From positions 1-64,000 of the IMG/VR virus record IMGVR_UViG_3300028176_000002: a stretch of DNA of 64,000 nt. One strand, 5' to 3'. Shown here piece after piece: positions 38,288-46,581 of the stretch (positions are counted from its first letter, which is position 1; each line of letters starts with the position of its first letter). The notes beneath the pieces were generated by a model. The model ran no database searches. It was given only the letters and a program-made list of their open reading frames with translations, and was not told the origin of the DNA. This stretch comes from a virus. Both the position numbers and the translations under genes were made by a program.

Positions 38288-38771
38288 AAAGCACCAAACC
38301 TATTCTGTAGAAGTAGTCTTTTACTGGAAACTTTAAATTTAATTTGGTTATTTTTTTAACCGCAGCGACTACATCTAGTCCTGTTCCCTCCAATGGAATG
38401 ATTGCCTTATCAGGAAATCGACATGGAAACGAACATACATCGCAATTCTTGCAGGAGCCAGCACCAAAACATACTCCAAAATGCCCATCTGATAATAGTT
38501 TTGCTCTAATTGCGAATAATTTGTCCTGTATTTCTTTACTAGATGAAACTCCCAATTCTTTCCAATTTTCAGGATTTTCTATCAAAAATTTCTTAAATAC
38601 CAGTGCCCCATGCTCAAATTTAGGTAGAATCTTTTTATAATAGCTTACTGATTCAATAAAAGGGGGACACTGTGCCTTGAACCCGTACCTTTTACAGCTT
38701 TTACAGTATTCTCTTACTTTATCACTAAAAAATTCTTCCAATATCTTCGGGTCAAACATTATCTGTTTCAT
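38277..38771 (-). CDS. DUF2284 metal-binding protein
   Basis: VREYC..CKRYG...CPP...GAGSCKNCDVC..PCRFP....LEGTGLDV. Confidence 0.85.
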   Translation of the reverse strand: MKQIMFDPKILEEFFSDKVREYCKSCKRYGFKAQCPPFIESVSYYKKILPKFEHGALVFKKFLIENPENWKELGVSSSKEIQDKLFAIRAKLLSDGHFGVCFGAGSCKNCDVCSFPCRFPDKAIIPLEGTGLDVVAAVKKITKLNLKFPVKDYFYRIGLVLFDD

Positions 38772-39379
38772 AACTTCCCTCCTATAATAATTTCGGGTAC
38801 TGAACATTCTTTCGGTAACTTAATTAACATTTTAATTATCTTTGCAATTTCTTTCGTTGAAACTGTTTTAAAATTACCCGGGCAAACAATTGTACTGTAA
38901 ATTCTCGGGTTATATTCAGCATTGATACATTGCGTAAGTCCTCTAAGAGCAAATTTAGACATAGTATAAATAGATTTATTTGGTGCTCCTGTAATAGACC
39001 TAGTAGAACCAATGTTAAGTATTAATCCTTCTTTCATTAATTTAATTGCTTCTTGGGTCATATAAAATGTTCCTTTAATATTTAAATCAATTAATCTCTC
39101 AATTTCAAATGGCGGATACGCTGTTAATGGACGAAATTCTCCTAGCATACCTGCATTGTTTATTAGAACATCAATCCTTCCCCATTTTTCAAAAGTTTTG
39201 TACATCAATATCCCAGCATCACCTTGATTGGTTATGTCTCCTTTAACAACCAGACGGTTTTTAGATTCGATATTATAAGAACTCCGGCTTATAGTTGCAA
39301 TGTTATACTCGGATAAAGATTGCATAATATCTTTTCCTAATCCCCTACTCGTTCCTGAAATAACGATTACTTTTTTCAT
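38768..39379 (-). CDS. Short-chain dehydrogenase/reductase
   Basis: SGTSRGLG, DVLINNAG, S..YTMSK (YxxxK). Confidence 0.9.
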   Translation of the reverse strand: MKKVIVISGTSRGLGKDIMQSLSEYNIATISRSSYNIESKNRLVVKGDITNQGDAGILMYKTFEKWGRIDVLINNAGMLGEFRPLTAYPPFEIERLIDLNIKGTFYMTQEAIKLMKEGLILNIGSTRSITGAPNKSIYTMSKFALRGLTQCINAEYNPRIYSTIVCPGNFKTVSTKEIAKIIKMLIKLPKECSVPEIIIGGKL

Positions 39380-40065
39380 TAAAATTCCTTCTGTTTATTA
39401 TTTAGATATTTATCTTTTTTTATTAAGTTATCTTTCGCCCACAAGGGCTGTAAATTCGTGTAATTAAAACATTTACGCTGTTCGTCGGGTTTACTTAAAT
39501 CGAACGATGCACATGGTTTTATGTGGTCGCAATGTATTTCCCCATTTAATACTTTATCCCATTTCATTCCTTGTGTAAATTTAGATTGATAATATTTAAT
39601 GAAAAACGATATGGAACACCCTAGCAAATCTATAGTAGACATTGATTTGTTTTTTCCTCTTAAAACATTGCCAACCCGATTTCTTAAACAACAAGCAATT
39701 TTAAAGTTAATATCTGTTTTTAATCTATTTTTTACATATTCTCTTGCAACCTCTGCTATTCTTTTTTTGTTATTTTTCCTATATTTAGTCATATAAACTT
39801 GATTTTCTTTTGCATTATTCTTTTTCCATTCTTTTGAAAGTTCATTTAATTTTTCTTTATGAGTTTCATAGTATTCTTTTGTTATTTTTGTAATGTGTGT
39901 GTGATTCAGTTTTAAGTATTTTTTCCTATCTTTTTTATGCAGTTTTTGATATAATTTACTTCTACTTAAATTTGCCTGTTTAGCACATATATAAGAACAG
40001 TATTTTTGATTGTTGGATTTTCTTTTGTAAATGCATTTACAAACTATACAAGTTTTATTGTTCAT
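39379..40065 (-). CDS. HNH endonuclease (family B)
   Basis: IHCDHIKPCASFDL...CFNYTNLQPLWAKDNLIK; paralog of 6422-7108. Confidence 0.9.
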   Translation of the reverse strand: MNNKTCIVCKCIYKRKSNNQKYCSYICAKQANLSRSKLYQKLHKKDRKKYLKLNHTHITKITKEYYETHKEKLNELSKEWKKNNAKENQVYMTKYRKNNKKRIAEVAREYVKNRLKTDINFKIACCLRNRVGNVLRGKNKSMSTIDLLGCSISFFIKYYQSKFTQGMKWDKVLNGEIHCDHIKPCASFDLSKPDEQRKCFNYTNLQPLWAKDNLIKKDKYLNNKQKEF

Positions 40066-40242
40066 TATAAATTTTTTGCTCTCGGTTTTGGCACTAATAT
40101 AAAATTACTATCTTCGTTTGCATACACAGAACCTTTTCTAGTTAATTTATTAAGTTCTTTTATTAAATTAGGAAGATATTTAATCTTCTTCCAATCATAT
40201 GTAAGCATGATTAGAAATGCTGCCCACAATAATATCGTCCAA

Positions 40243-40794
40243 CTAATTCTTTTTCTCATATGCCTTCCCACTTTTTTGCCATACGCTATAGGCTTGGTTA
40301 ATGTCATTAATATCCACTGGTTGAAATTCCCAGCAATCCACTGATAAATCTACAATTACTGATTTCTTACCTAATCTTTTAAATACCCCCTCATTTCCAT
40401 GAGTATGTCCGCAGAAATTAAATTTAAAATCATCTCTTGCATGTCTCGGATTGTGAGTCATATGAATCTTATGACCCCCAAAATTCACATTAATAGATTC
40501 AATAATTGTTTTAGTGCCATTATTTGAATCATGATTTCCATCAATAAAAATAATATTTCTACATTTTATCTGATTTCTATAATAATCAAAGGCATTCTGA
40601 GGTGCATCTTTTGCCTCAGTGGATTTCTTCATGCAAAAATCTCCCAGAAAAAATAATACATCATTCTCATCAATCAATTCATTACAGTTTCTAATAATAG
40701 TTTCATCCATCTCTAAAGTGGTTTTAAATGGGCGTTTGCAGTATTCAATTATTTTTCCATGCCCGAGATGAAAATCCGATGCGAACCAGTTCAC
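40243..40794 (-). CDS. Calcineurin-like metallophosphoesterase
   Basis: SDFHLGH, LGDF, GNHD, GHTH. Confidence 0.9.
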   Translation of the reverse strand: MNWFASDFHLGHGKIIEYCKRPFKTTLEMDETIIRNCNELIDENDVLFFLGDFCMKKSTEAKDAPQNAFDYYRNQIKCRNIIFIDGNHDSNNGTKTIIESINVNFGGHKIHMTHNPRHARDDFKFNFCGHTHGNEGVFKRLGKKSVIVDLSVDCWEFQPVDINDINQAYSVWQKSGKAYEKKN

Positions 40795-41273
40795 CTTTTT
40801 CTCCTTTTTATTATTTGTCCTACTTTAATCATTTCGCTATATGTTAAATATTTGCTCTTTATTGAATTACATATAGAACAACATAGTGCTATATTATCAA
40901 TGCAATAACCTCTAAGACTATCTTTTCTGTCTATTGTTAAACGATGGAAAACACCTTTTATATCTTTTATTGCTTCCGCTTCTGATTTACCGCAGTAAAC
41001 ACATAACTTTTCTTGTTTCTCATACCACATTATAAAATCTTCTTTATTCAAATTAAATTCAACTGCTCTCTGTTTTGCATGTGCTTTTAATGCTTTATAT
41101 ATTCCCGCAGAGGAATACCAATATTTTTTTGCGGAAAGTTTTTGTTTAGGGTGTTGCCAATTTTTCCTGCAGCACGAATTACACCAATAATGCAAACCAA
41201 ATTTATCGTTCCCCCGATTAAACTGGTTAAATTTTTTATTTGATTTACATTTACTGCATATTTTACTTCGCAT
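40791..41273 (-). CDS. HNH-like endonuclease (family C)
   Basis: CVYCG...IDRKDSLRGY..DNIALCCSICNSIK. Confidence 0.85.
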   Translation of the reverse strand: MRSKICSKCKSNKKFNQFNRGNDKFGLHYWCNSCCRKNWQHPKQKLSAKKYWYSSAGIYKALKAHAKQRAVEFNLNKEDFIMWYEKQEKLCVYCGKSEAEAIKDIKGVFHRLTIDRKDSLRGYCIDNIALCCSICNSIKSKYLTYSEMIKVGQIIKRRKR

Positions 41274-41282
41274 TATTTCTCC

Positions 41283-41855
41283 TTATATTATTTTATCAAC
41301 AATACCGTATTGTAAAGCTTCATCCGCAAACAACCACAGTTCTCCATTCCGAATCTGATTCATTTGTTTAGCAATTAAGTGTGTTTTATTCTTTAATATT
41401 GCATCCATTCGCTTTTCCAGCTTAATTAAGAATGTAGTTCTATCTTTAATATGGGTTAAATAATCACCAACCATATCGCTAGAACAATGTTGCATCCAAA
41501 CCGCATTTCTAGTGATATAGCGTTTGTTTCCTACAACGCTAATCATCGCTGCCATTGAGCATGCTTCTCCTGTTATAATCGTATTCACAGGAGCTTTTAT
41601 AGCATGAATTGTGTCGATAATTGCTAAACCATAGCAAACCATCCCTCCGGGACTATTTATTTCTAGGGTGATTGGCTTTCTTTCATCCAAATAGTTCATT
41701 GCTCTTAATTTTGAGCAAACCATATCAGAAGAAAGATTATTAATTTCATCATACAAAAGGATGTACCTATTTTTGTTTAGAATCTTATAATAAAATTCTT
41801 CAGAATATTTATCATCCTTTTTGTCGCATTCTTCGTGCTCATCTTTTTTATACAT
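41283..41855 (-). CDS. clpP: ClpP-type protease subunit
   Basis: ITLEINSPGG.V..GLAIIDT...GEACSMAA...WMQH; start at MYKK after AAGGAGG. Confidence 0.9.
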   Translation of the reverse strand: MYKKDEHEECDKKDDKYSEEFYYKILNKNRYILLYDEINNLSSDMVCSKLRAMNYLDERKPITLEINSPGGMVCYGLAIIDTIHAIKAPVNTIITGEACSMAAMISVVGNKRYITRNAVWMQHCSSDMVGDYLTHIKDRTTFLIKLEKRMDAILKNKTHLIAKQMNQIRNGELWLFADEALQYGIVDKII

Positions 41856-43539
41856 CACTGCCTCCTTCGTAGTCAAGCCTTTTCCATTCATTTAATTTAG
41901 ACCATTTCTGGGGTTTGGGTATTATATTTTTCCAATCTATATACATTGCATCAAGTATTTTTTCACTGTTATTAGGAACCATGAAAGCACTATTATAAAA
42001 ATTCTTTTTAATTAAAGGGGATATATCTTCTTTATTTCCTATTTTTCTATAAGGAATAATATGATATTCCTCATTTTCAATCCATGAGGTCCAAACATCA
42101 ACAACAGTTTTATTACTGGGAGAAGATACACGCAGTTGTCCGCCATTATTATGGCATTTAACAAGTAATCCCACATGTCTTAAATCCCATGCAATTCTTT
42201 CCACTTCTTTTTTTACGTCTTCTACATTGGTGTATTTACTTAAATATGCAAAATCTATATCACTATCTCCTGGGATAAAACTATTATCTCTTATCGTACC
42301 TAATAATGTTCCATAAATCATATACAATTGTAAATTTAGTTTATTTTTAAAATAATCTTCAATATCTTTCATATCTTTTAAGTTCTGAGATTTTAACTTA
42401 TTATTTCTATCTGCAAAAGTGGTTACACTGTGGTCTTTTTCTCCAGGAAATTTAGTAGTTAAATATTCTTTATTAAATAATTTTTGTTCGTCATGTTGAA
42501 CATTTTTTCTATTAATAGTTCTAACATCTTCTGGAATATCCTTTAGACTATCTAGTAGTATACACGCATTTCTAGATTCTTCATATTTTCCAATCCAATA
42601 AGAAGATATACTCAATTCAAATAATAAACAATAATCATATGTTGGTAAATTAACAAAAAGCATATCATGTGGTTTAGGTATTTCTAATCCTTTTTTAGTA
42701 AATAAATAAGCTTGCTGATATTCCCCATTATTCCTGCATATATATGCTAACTTATATAAAGGTTCTGCTCTGGAAGGTCTATATTCCCATGATTTTAAAT
42801 AAGCTAATTTAGCATTATCATTATCTTTTAATAATTCATAACAATATCCAATTTGATATAGAGAATAAAATACCTCTTGGTCCCAACCTTTCATTTCAAC
42901 TCTTTTATTAAATGTTTCAATTGCTTTTTCGTATTGTCCTACATCACGATATGTATTTGCCAAATAGAAATAATACCGAGCATTATTAGGTTCATCTTTT
43001 ACACCCTGCAGTAATAAGGTTAAATCATTCATTCCTTTGGGTCTAGCCGGTCCGTGGCGGTCATGATTGATGCTCAATGAAGTAATTCTCTCTCTCGTTT
43101 TAATATCCTCAGCATACCAATACTCATGCACACAGCCAACACTTTTCCACGCCAAACGATTATTAAATAACAGGTGATTAGAAAATTCACTTCCTGCCCA
43201 ATGGATAATTGTTTCGTATTGGTCTGCTACCAATTTATTTTTATCAAATCCATTTAATTCTACTAGGAAATCTGCATCTAACATCAATGAGTAATCTGCT
43301 TTATCTTTAGTTAATACAGCCACCTCACTACGATTATATCCAAAATTAACCCACGGACGATGTACGTATTCTCCCGGAATACTTTTTAATACTTCTTTGG
43401 CAATAATTTCAGTATCATCAGTAGAGCCGGTATCGCAGATAACCCAATAATCTATAATGGGCTTGACAGCTTCTAATGTTGCTCGAATATTTAGAGCCTC
43501 ATTTTTCACCATCATTCCTAAACATAATGTTTTACTCAT
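41848..43539 (-). CDS. GT2-TPR-LicD fusion protein
   Basis: LGMMVKNE..CDTGSTD..LDAD..VHE; TPRs (RYYFYLANTYRD, RAEPLY); IYGTLLGTIRD..PGDSDIDF. Confidence 0.9.
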   Translation of the reverse strand: MSKTLCLGMMVKNEALNIRATLEAVKPIIDYWVICDTGSTDDTEIIAKEVLKSIPGEYVHRPWVNFGYNRSEVAVLTKDKADYSLMLDADFLVELNGFDKNKLVADQYETIIHWAGSEFSNHLLFNNRLAWKSVGCVHEYWYAEDIKTRERITSLSINHDRHGPARPKGMNDLTLLLQGVKDEPNNARYYFYLANTYRDVGQYEKAIETFNKRVEMKGWDQEVFYSLYQIGYCYELLKDNDNAKLAYLKSWEYRPSRAEPLYKLAYICRNNGEYQQAYLFTKKGLEIPKPHDMLFVNLPTYDYCLLFELSISSYWIGKYEESRNACILLDSLKDIPEDVRTINRKNVQHDEQKLFNKEYLTTKFPGEKDHSVTTFADRNNKLKSQNLKDMKDIEDYFKNKLNLQLYMIYGTLLGTIRDNSFIPGDSDIDFAYLSKYTNVEDVKKEVERIAWDLRHVGLLVKCHNNGGQLRVSSPSNKTVVDVWTSWIENEEYHIIPYRKIGNKEDISPLIKKNFYNSAFMVPNNSEKILDAMYIDWKNIIPKPQKWSKLNEWKRLDYEGGSDV

Positions 43540-43680
43540 TCTTCTACCTCACATTCATAAATTTCAGTACCATCATCTTTTAATTCTTTTAATTTCCACG
43601 GTAAAGAATTAAGCATTGAATCTAAATCTTTTCCATTCATTCCCATTTTATTAAATTTATTATAAAGTGCCAAAAAGAAA

Positions 43681-44118
43681 TTATCCACGATTGACCTCTG
43701 TTTTTGTAGACTTACTATAAATGATTGTATTATCGGGAACATTTTTTGTGATTACCGTTCCTGCTCCAACAAGAACATTCTTCCCAATCTTCACGGGTAA
43801 GATAGTAGAATTAGAACCTATTGATGAATTATTTCCTACATAGGTCTTTTCCATAACCCAATCTTTATTATTGACCCGAGGATTTTTATCATTTGTAAAA
43901 ACGACAGAGTGTCCAATAAATACATCATTACCTAATATTACTCCTCCACAAATAAAAGAATGAGATTGTATTCTGCAATTTTTACCTATAATAACTCCTC
44001 TGGTAATTTCTACAAAAGGACCTATAAAACTTCCCGAACCGATTTCGCATTCATAGAGATTAACTAATTCTGGGTGAGGTATTTTTACGTTTTTTCCTAA
44101 TTTAACATTCTTTATCAT
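43681..44118 (-). CDS. Hexapeptide-repeat sugar acyltransferase
   Basis: IGKNCRIQSHSFIC..GNDVFIGHSVVFTND..IGSNSTILPV.IG.N.LVGAG. Confidence 0.9.
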   Translation of the reverse strand: MIKNVKLGKNVKIPHPELVNLYECEIGSGSFIGPFVEITRGVIIGKNCRIQSHSFICGGVILGNDVFIGHSVVFTNDKNPRVNNKDWVMEKTYVGNNSSIGSNSTILPVKIGKNVLVGAGTVITKNVPDNTIIYSKSTKTEVNRG

Positions 44119-44336
44119 AATAAATCTCTCTTTCGCAGACCTAAATTTTTTAACATTTCTTCATCAGCATCCCATCTTAAATGTTCATCTCGGTCTTGCG
44201 GATTAAGTTTATAAAATAGAGTATTGCATCTTAAACATTTATATCCTTTTTTTAATTTCGAAGTTTTAATACCATAGCAGTAAGGGCATGATGTTTTATA
44301 CATTATTTTTCTCATTTTAACCTCCTGATGGTCCAT
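44115..44336 (-). CDS. Small zinc-ribbon protein
   Basis: CPYC...YKCLRC. Confidence 0.5.
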   Translation of the reverse strand: MDHQEVKMRKIMYKTSCPYCYGIKTSKLKKGYKCLRCNTLFYKLNPQDRDEHLRWDADEEMLKNLGLRKRDLL

Positions 44337-44477
44337 CGTATGTTATTGGTCTATTTCCATTTTCCTCTGGATTTACTTTATATTTATCATCTCGACACTC
44401 ATAACATCTTTTACCGTATATGATTTTAATTCCACAATGAATGCATACTCGCTTATTTTTTATCTTTATTATTTTAA

Positions 44478-45656
44478 TCATTTAATCTCCAATCTTTTAA
44501 TAAGTGGAAGGCATAAAAAACTTGTCAAAGCCGATGCAATAATAAGCCAATGTAATCCTATCTTGGGGAAAAGAAAGGCTCCTGTCAATGAACTGGCAGT
44601 TCCCGCAGCAAGGTTGTTTATACCACATAATAGAGCAAATGTAGTGGCTTCTAGACCCTTTATGGATGATTTAGCCATCCAATCCATTATAATAAGGTGA
44701 ATTATCATACCTATTAAACTATAAAGGATTAAATATATTACAGCAGTATATGGTTTATAATATAAATAAGACAACGTAGTACACGCACCCAAAAACACAG
44801 AATAATATAACCATTTTTTAGTATTAATCTTCTGGCATATTTTCCAATAAATCATGGCACCAATTATTGAAACAACAGAAGAAATACTTCCTAAAATTCC
44901 TATCCATGCAAAACTCCATTTAAAAATATCTCGCTCCACGTAAGATAATGGTGTGCCAAAAGAGGGAGAAAATTTATATAAGAATAAGAACAGACAAGCC
45001 CAGAGAAACGATTTATGTCTAAAAATTTCTTTATACGGTTTTATAGTGTCTATTAACTTGATTCTAATCCTTTTTACTTTTTCTTCTTTGTAAAAATAAA
45101 GAGGAATAAACATTATTAAATAGAACGGTATAATCCACAAAAATCCTGTTTTATAGTTGTAGTGTTCAGCTAAATAACCACCTAAAAATCCGGTTATAAT
45201 TGTTGAGGCGGTAATAAACATCCACTGGATGCTCTGAATCTTTCCGGTAATATCATATTTTTTTCCTTCTACGCACATTGTTCCATCCACCCCAGTATCT
45301 CTTATAGCTGAATCTGCAGAATTAATAAACATTAATGTAATCAAGAAAACTGCAGGAGCAGACCATAGTCCCAAAAATAAAACAGTTATAAGGTCTAAAA
45401 CAAGCGAAAGAGTAATCCAAGTTTTTCGGGATAAGAATTGGTCTATACAGTATCCCCATATAATCTTCGGTATCCACGCCAGTCCTATGATAGAATTAAT
45501 ATACATCAATTTCTCAGGAGAATACATTAATACTTCTTTGAAATATTTAAAAATGGATAACGATGGCAGCCCTGAGAAGCCCTGTAAAAAATAACAGGAA
45601 GCCGACATGGTAAATATCCAAAATAACTGTTTAGAATCTGTTTTTAATGTTTTCAT
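44478..45656 (-). CDS. BT1-family (folate/biopterin) MFS transporter
   Basis: ~12 TM segments; AWIPKIIWGYCID, D..VDG.MC, QSIQW, EATTFALL..INNL. Confidence 0.8.
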   Translation of the reverse strand: MKTLKTDSKQLFWIFTMSASCYFLQGFSGLPSLSIFKYFKEVLMYSPEKLMYINSIIGLAWIPKIIWGYCIDQFLSRKTWITLSLVLDLITVLFLGLWSAPAVFLITLMFINSADSAIRDTGVDGTMCVEGKKYDITGKIQSIQWMFITASTIITGFLGGYLAEHYNYKTGFLWIIPFYLIMFIPLYFYKEEKVKRIRIKLIDTIKPYKEIFRHKSFLWACLFLFLYKFSPSFGTPLSYVERDIFKWSFAWIGILGSISSVVSIIGAMIYWKICQKINTKKWLYYSVFLGACTTLSYLYYKPYTAVIYLILYSLIGMIIHLIIMDWMAKSSIKGLEATTFALLCGINNLAAGTASSLTGAFLFPKIGLHWLIIASALTSFLCLPLIKRLEIK

Positions 45657-45873
45657 AGATTGATTTAATGAGATTATAAAACTTTTCAGTTGACATGTTC
45701 CGTTTAGCGTAGTTACAATGTTTACAACACGGTACTACATTATCTAATATATAACCTTTAGCATTGTCTATTCGGTCTAAACCGTTATAGGTGTAATCAA
45801 AGTAATCAGATTTTTTAACGTCTTCTAGTGTTGTCGCTTTTGAATATAAATCTTCTATAATCGGATTGCTCAT
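45631..45873 (-). CDS. Short HNH-like endonuclease (family C), probably truncated
   Basis: NGLDRIDNAKGY..DNVVPCCKHCNYAK but lacks the upstream CxYC. Confidence 0.7.
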   Translation of the reverse strand: MSNPIIEDLYSKATTLEDVKKSDYFDYTYNGLDRIDNAKGYILDNVVPCCKHCNYAKRNMSTEKFYNLIKSIYENIKNRF

Positions 45874-45994
45874 AAATTCCTTAATAATAAATTACACCAA
45901 TCATAATTAAAATAAACAATATATACACTACAGCAGCACTTAATATACCTATTCCTAAAATTAAAGCAATCATCCCTTCCTCCTATCCTTTGTT

Positions 45995-46133
45995 TGGTTG
46001 TGGGGCTTGGCAGGATTTGAACCTGCAAAACTTGTTTTATTTCCTTTACGGTTAATACGGCTCTACGCTTTTAAGGACTTTATCAAGTTAACACCGTAAT
46101 CGTTCGGCGTATTCGATACGCTCCTGCCCCACA
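45995..46133 (-). ncRNA. tRNA-like RNA with oversized variable region
   Basis: Intergenic; TGTGGGGC...GCCCCACA-ACCA closing stem; T-arm GCAGG-TTCAAAT-CCTGC; D-like hairpin GCGTAT-CGA-ATACGC; loop ATTACGG. Confidence 0.65.
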
Positions 46134-46134
46134 T

Positions 46135-46293
46135 CTATTTATCCTTAATTTCTACTAAAAAATAGTGCCATACATAGTAATAATCTTTATAATTAGATAT
46201 TTCCGCATTCATCAACCCATTCTTTATAGTTGATAAATAAATTGCTCCTTCGGGTATTTGTTCTCCTGTTGCATACTTAAATATCTTCTTCAT
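46135..46293 (-). CDS. Small hypothetical protein (52 aa)
   Basis: MKKIFKYATGEQIPEGAIYLST...VWHYF; SD GGGGGAG. Confidence 0.6.
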   Translation of the reverse strand: MKKIFKYATGEQIPEGAIYLSTIKNGLMNAEISNYKDYYYVWHYFLVEIKDK

Positions 46294-46450
46294 TCTTTCT
46301 CCCCCTCTTCTTGGTGGTGAGTTGGTTCTTATCTTTTTTACATTTTCCGCATTTTAATTTAATCGTATAAGTCATACAATAACAATGAGGACACAATGAA
46401 ACATTCCCTAATTCCATTAACCCCACTAAACTATTACGCTTCTTGGTCAT
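46277..46450 (-). CDS. Small zinc-finger protein (57 aa)
   Basis: MTKKRN...CPHC..MT...CGKC; ATGA overlap with upstream ORF. Confidence 0.55.
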   Translation of the reverse strand: MTKKRNSLVGLMELGNVSLCPHCYCMTYTIKLKCGKCKKDKNQLTTKKRGRKNEEDI

Positions 46451-46581
46451 TTGATTTCCTTCCAGATTAACCCCTTACCACAATAAGGACAGTAACGATA
46501 ATTTGTATCAGTAATATGCAAAGACTCTTTTTCTCGTTTATCGCAATTATGAATAGATATCTTACGCTTCTTGGTCGTCAT
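46447..46581 (-). CDS. Small zinc-ribbon protein (44 aa)
   Basis: MTTKKRK..HNC...YCPYCGK; ATGA overlap with aminopeptidase stop. Confidence 0.55.
   Translation of the reverse strand: MTTKKRKISIHNCDKREKESLHITDTNYRYCPYCGKGLIWKEIK

Noticed and set aside
29658-44118. Glycosyltransferase cluster as a DNA hypermodification system
   Set aside because: No hydroxymethylase, TET or base kinase in the window, and apparent GATC avoidance suggests unprotected DNA; not excluded, as the rest of the genome is unseen
45995-46133. Standard tRNA-Val or tmRNA call
   Set aside because: Acceptor mismatches, atypical D-loop and a ~60-nt insert argue against a normal tRNA; too short and lacking a tag frame or G3-U pair for tmRNA
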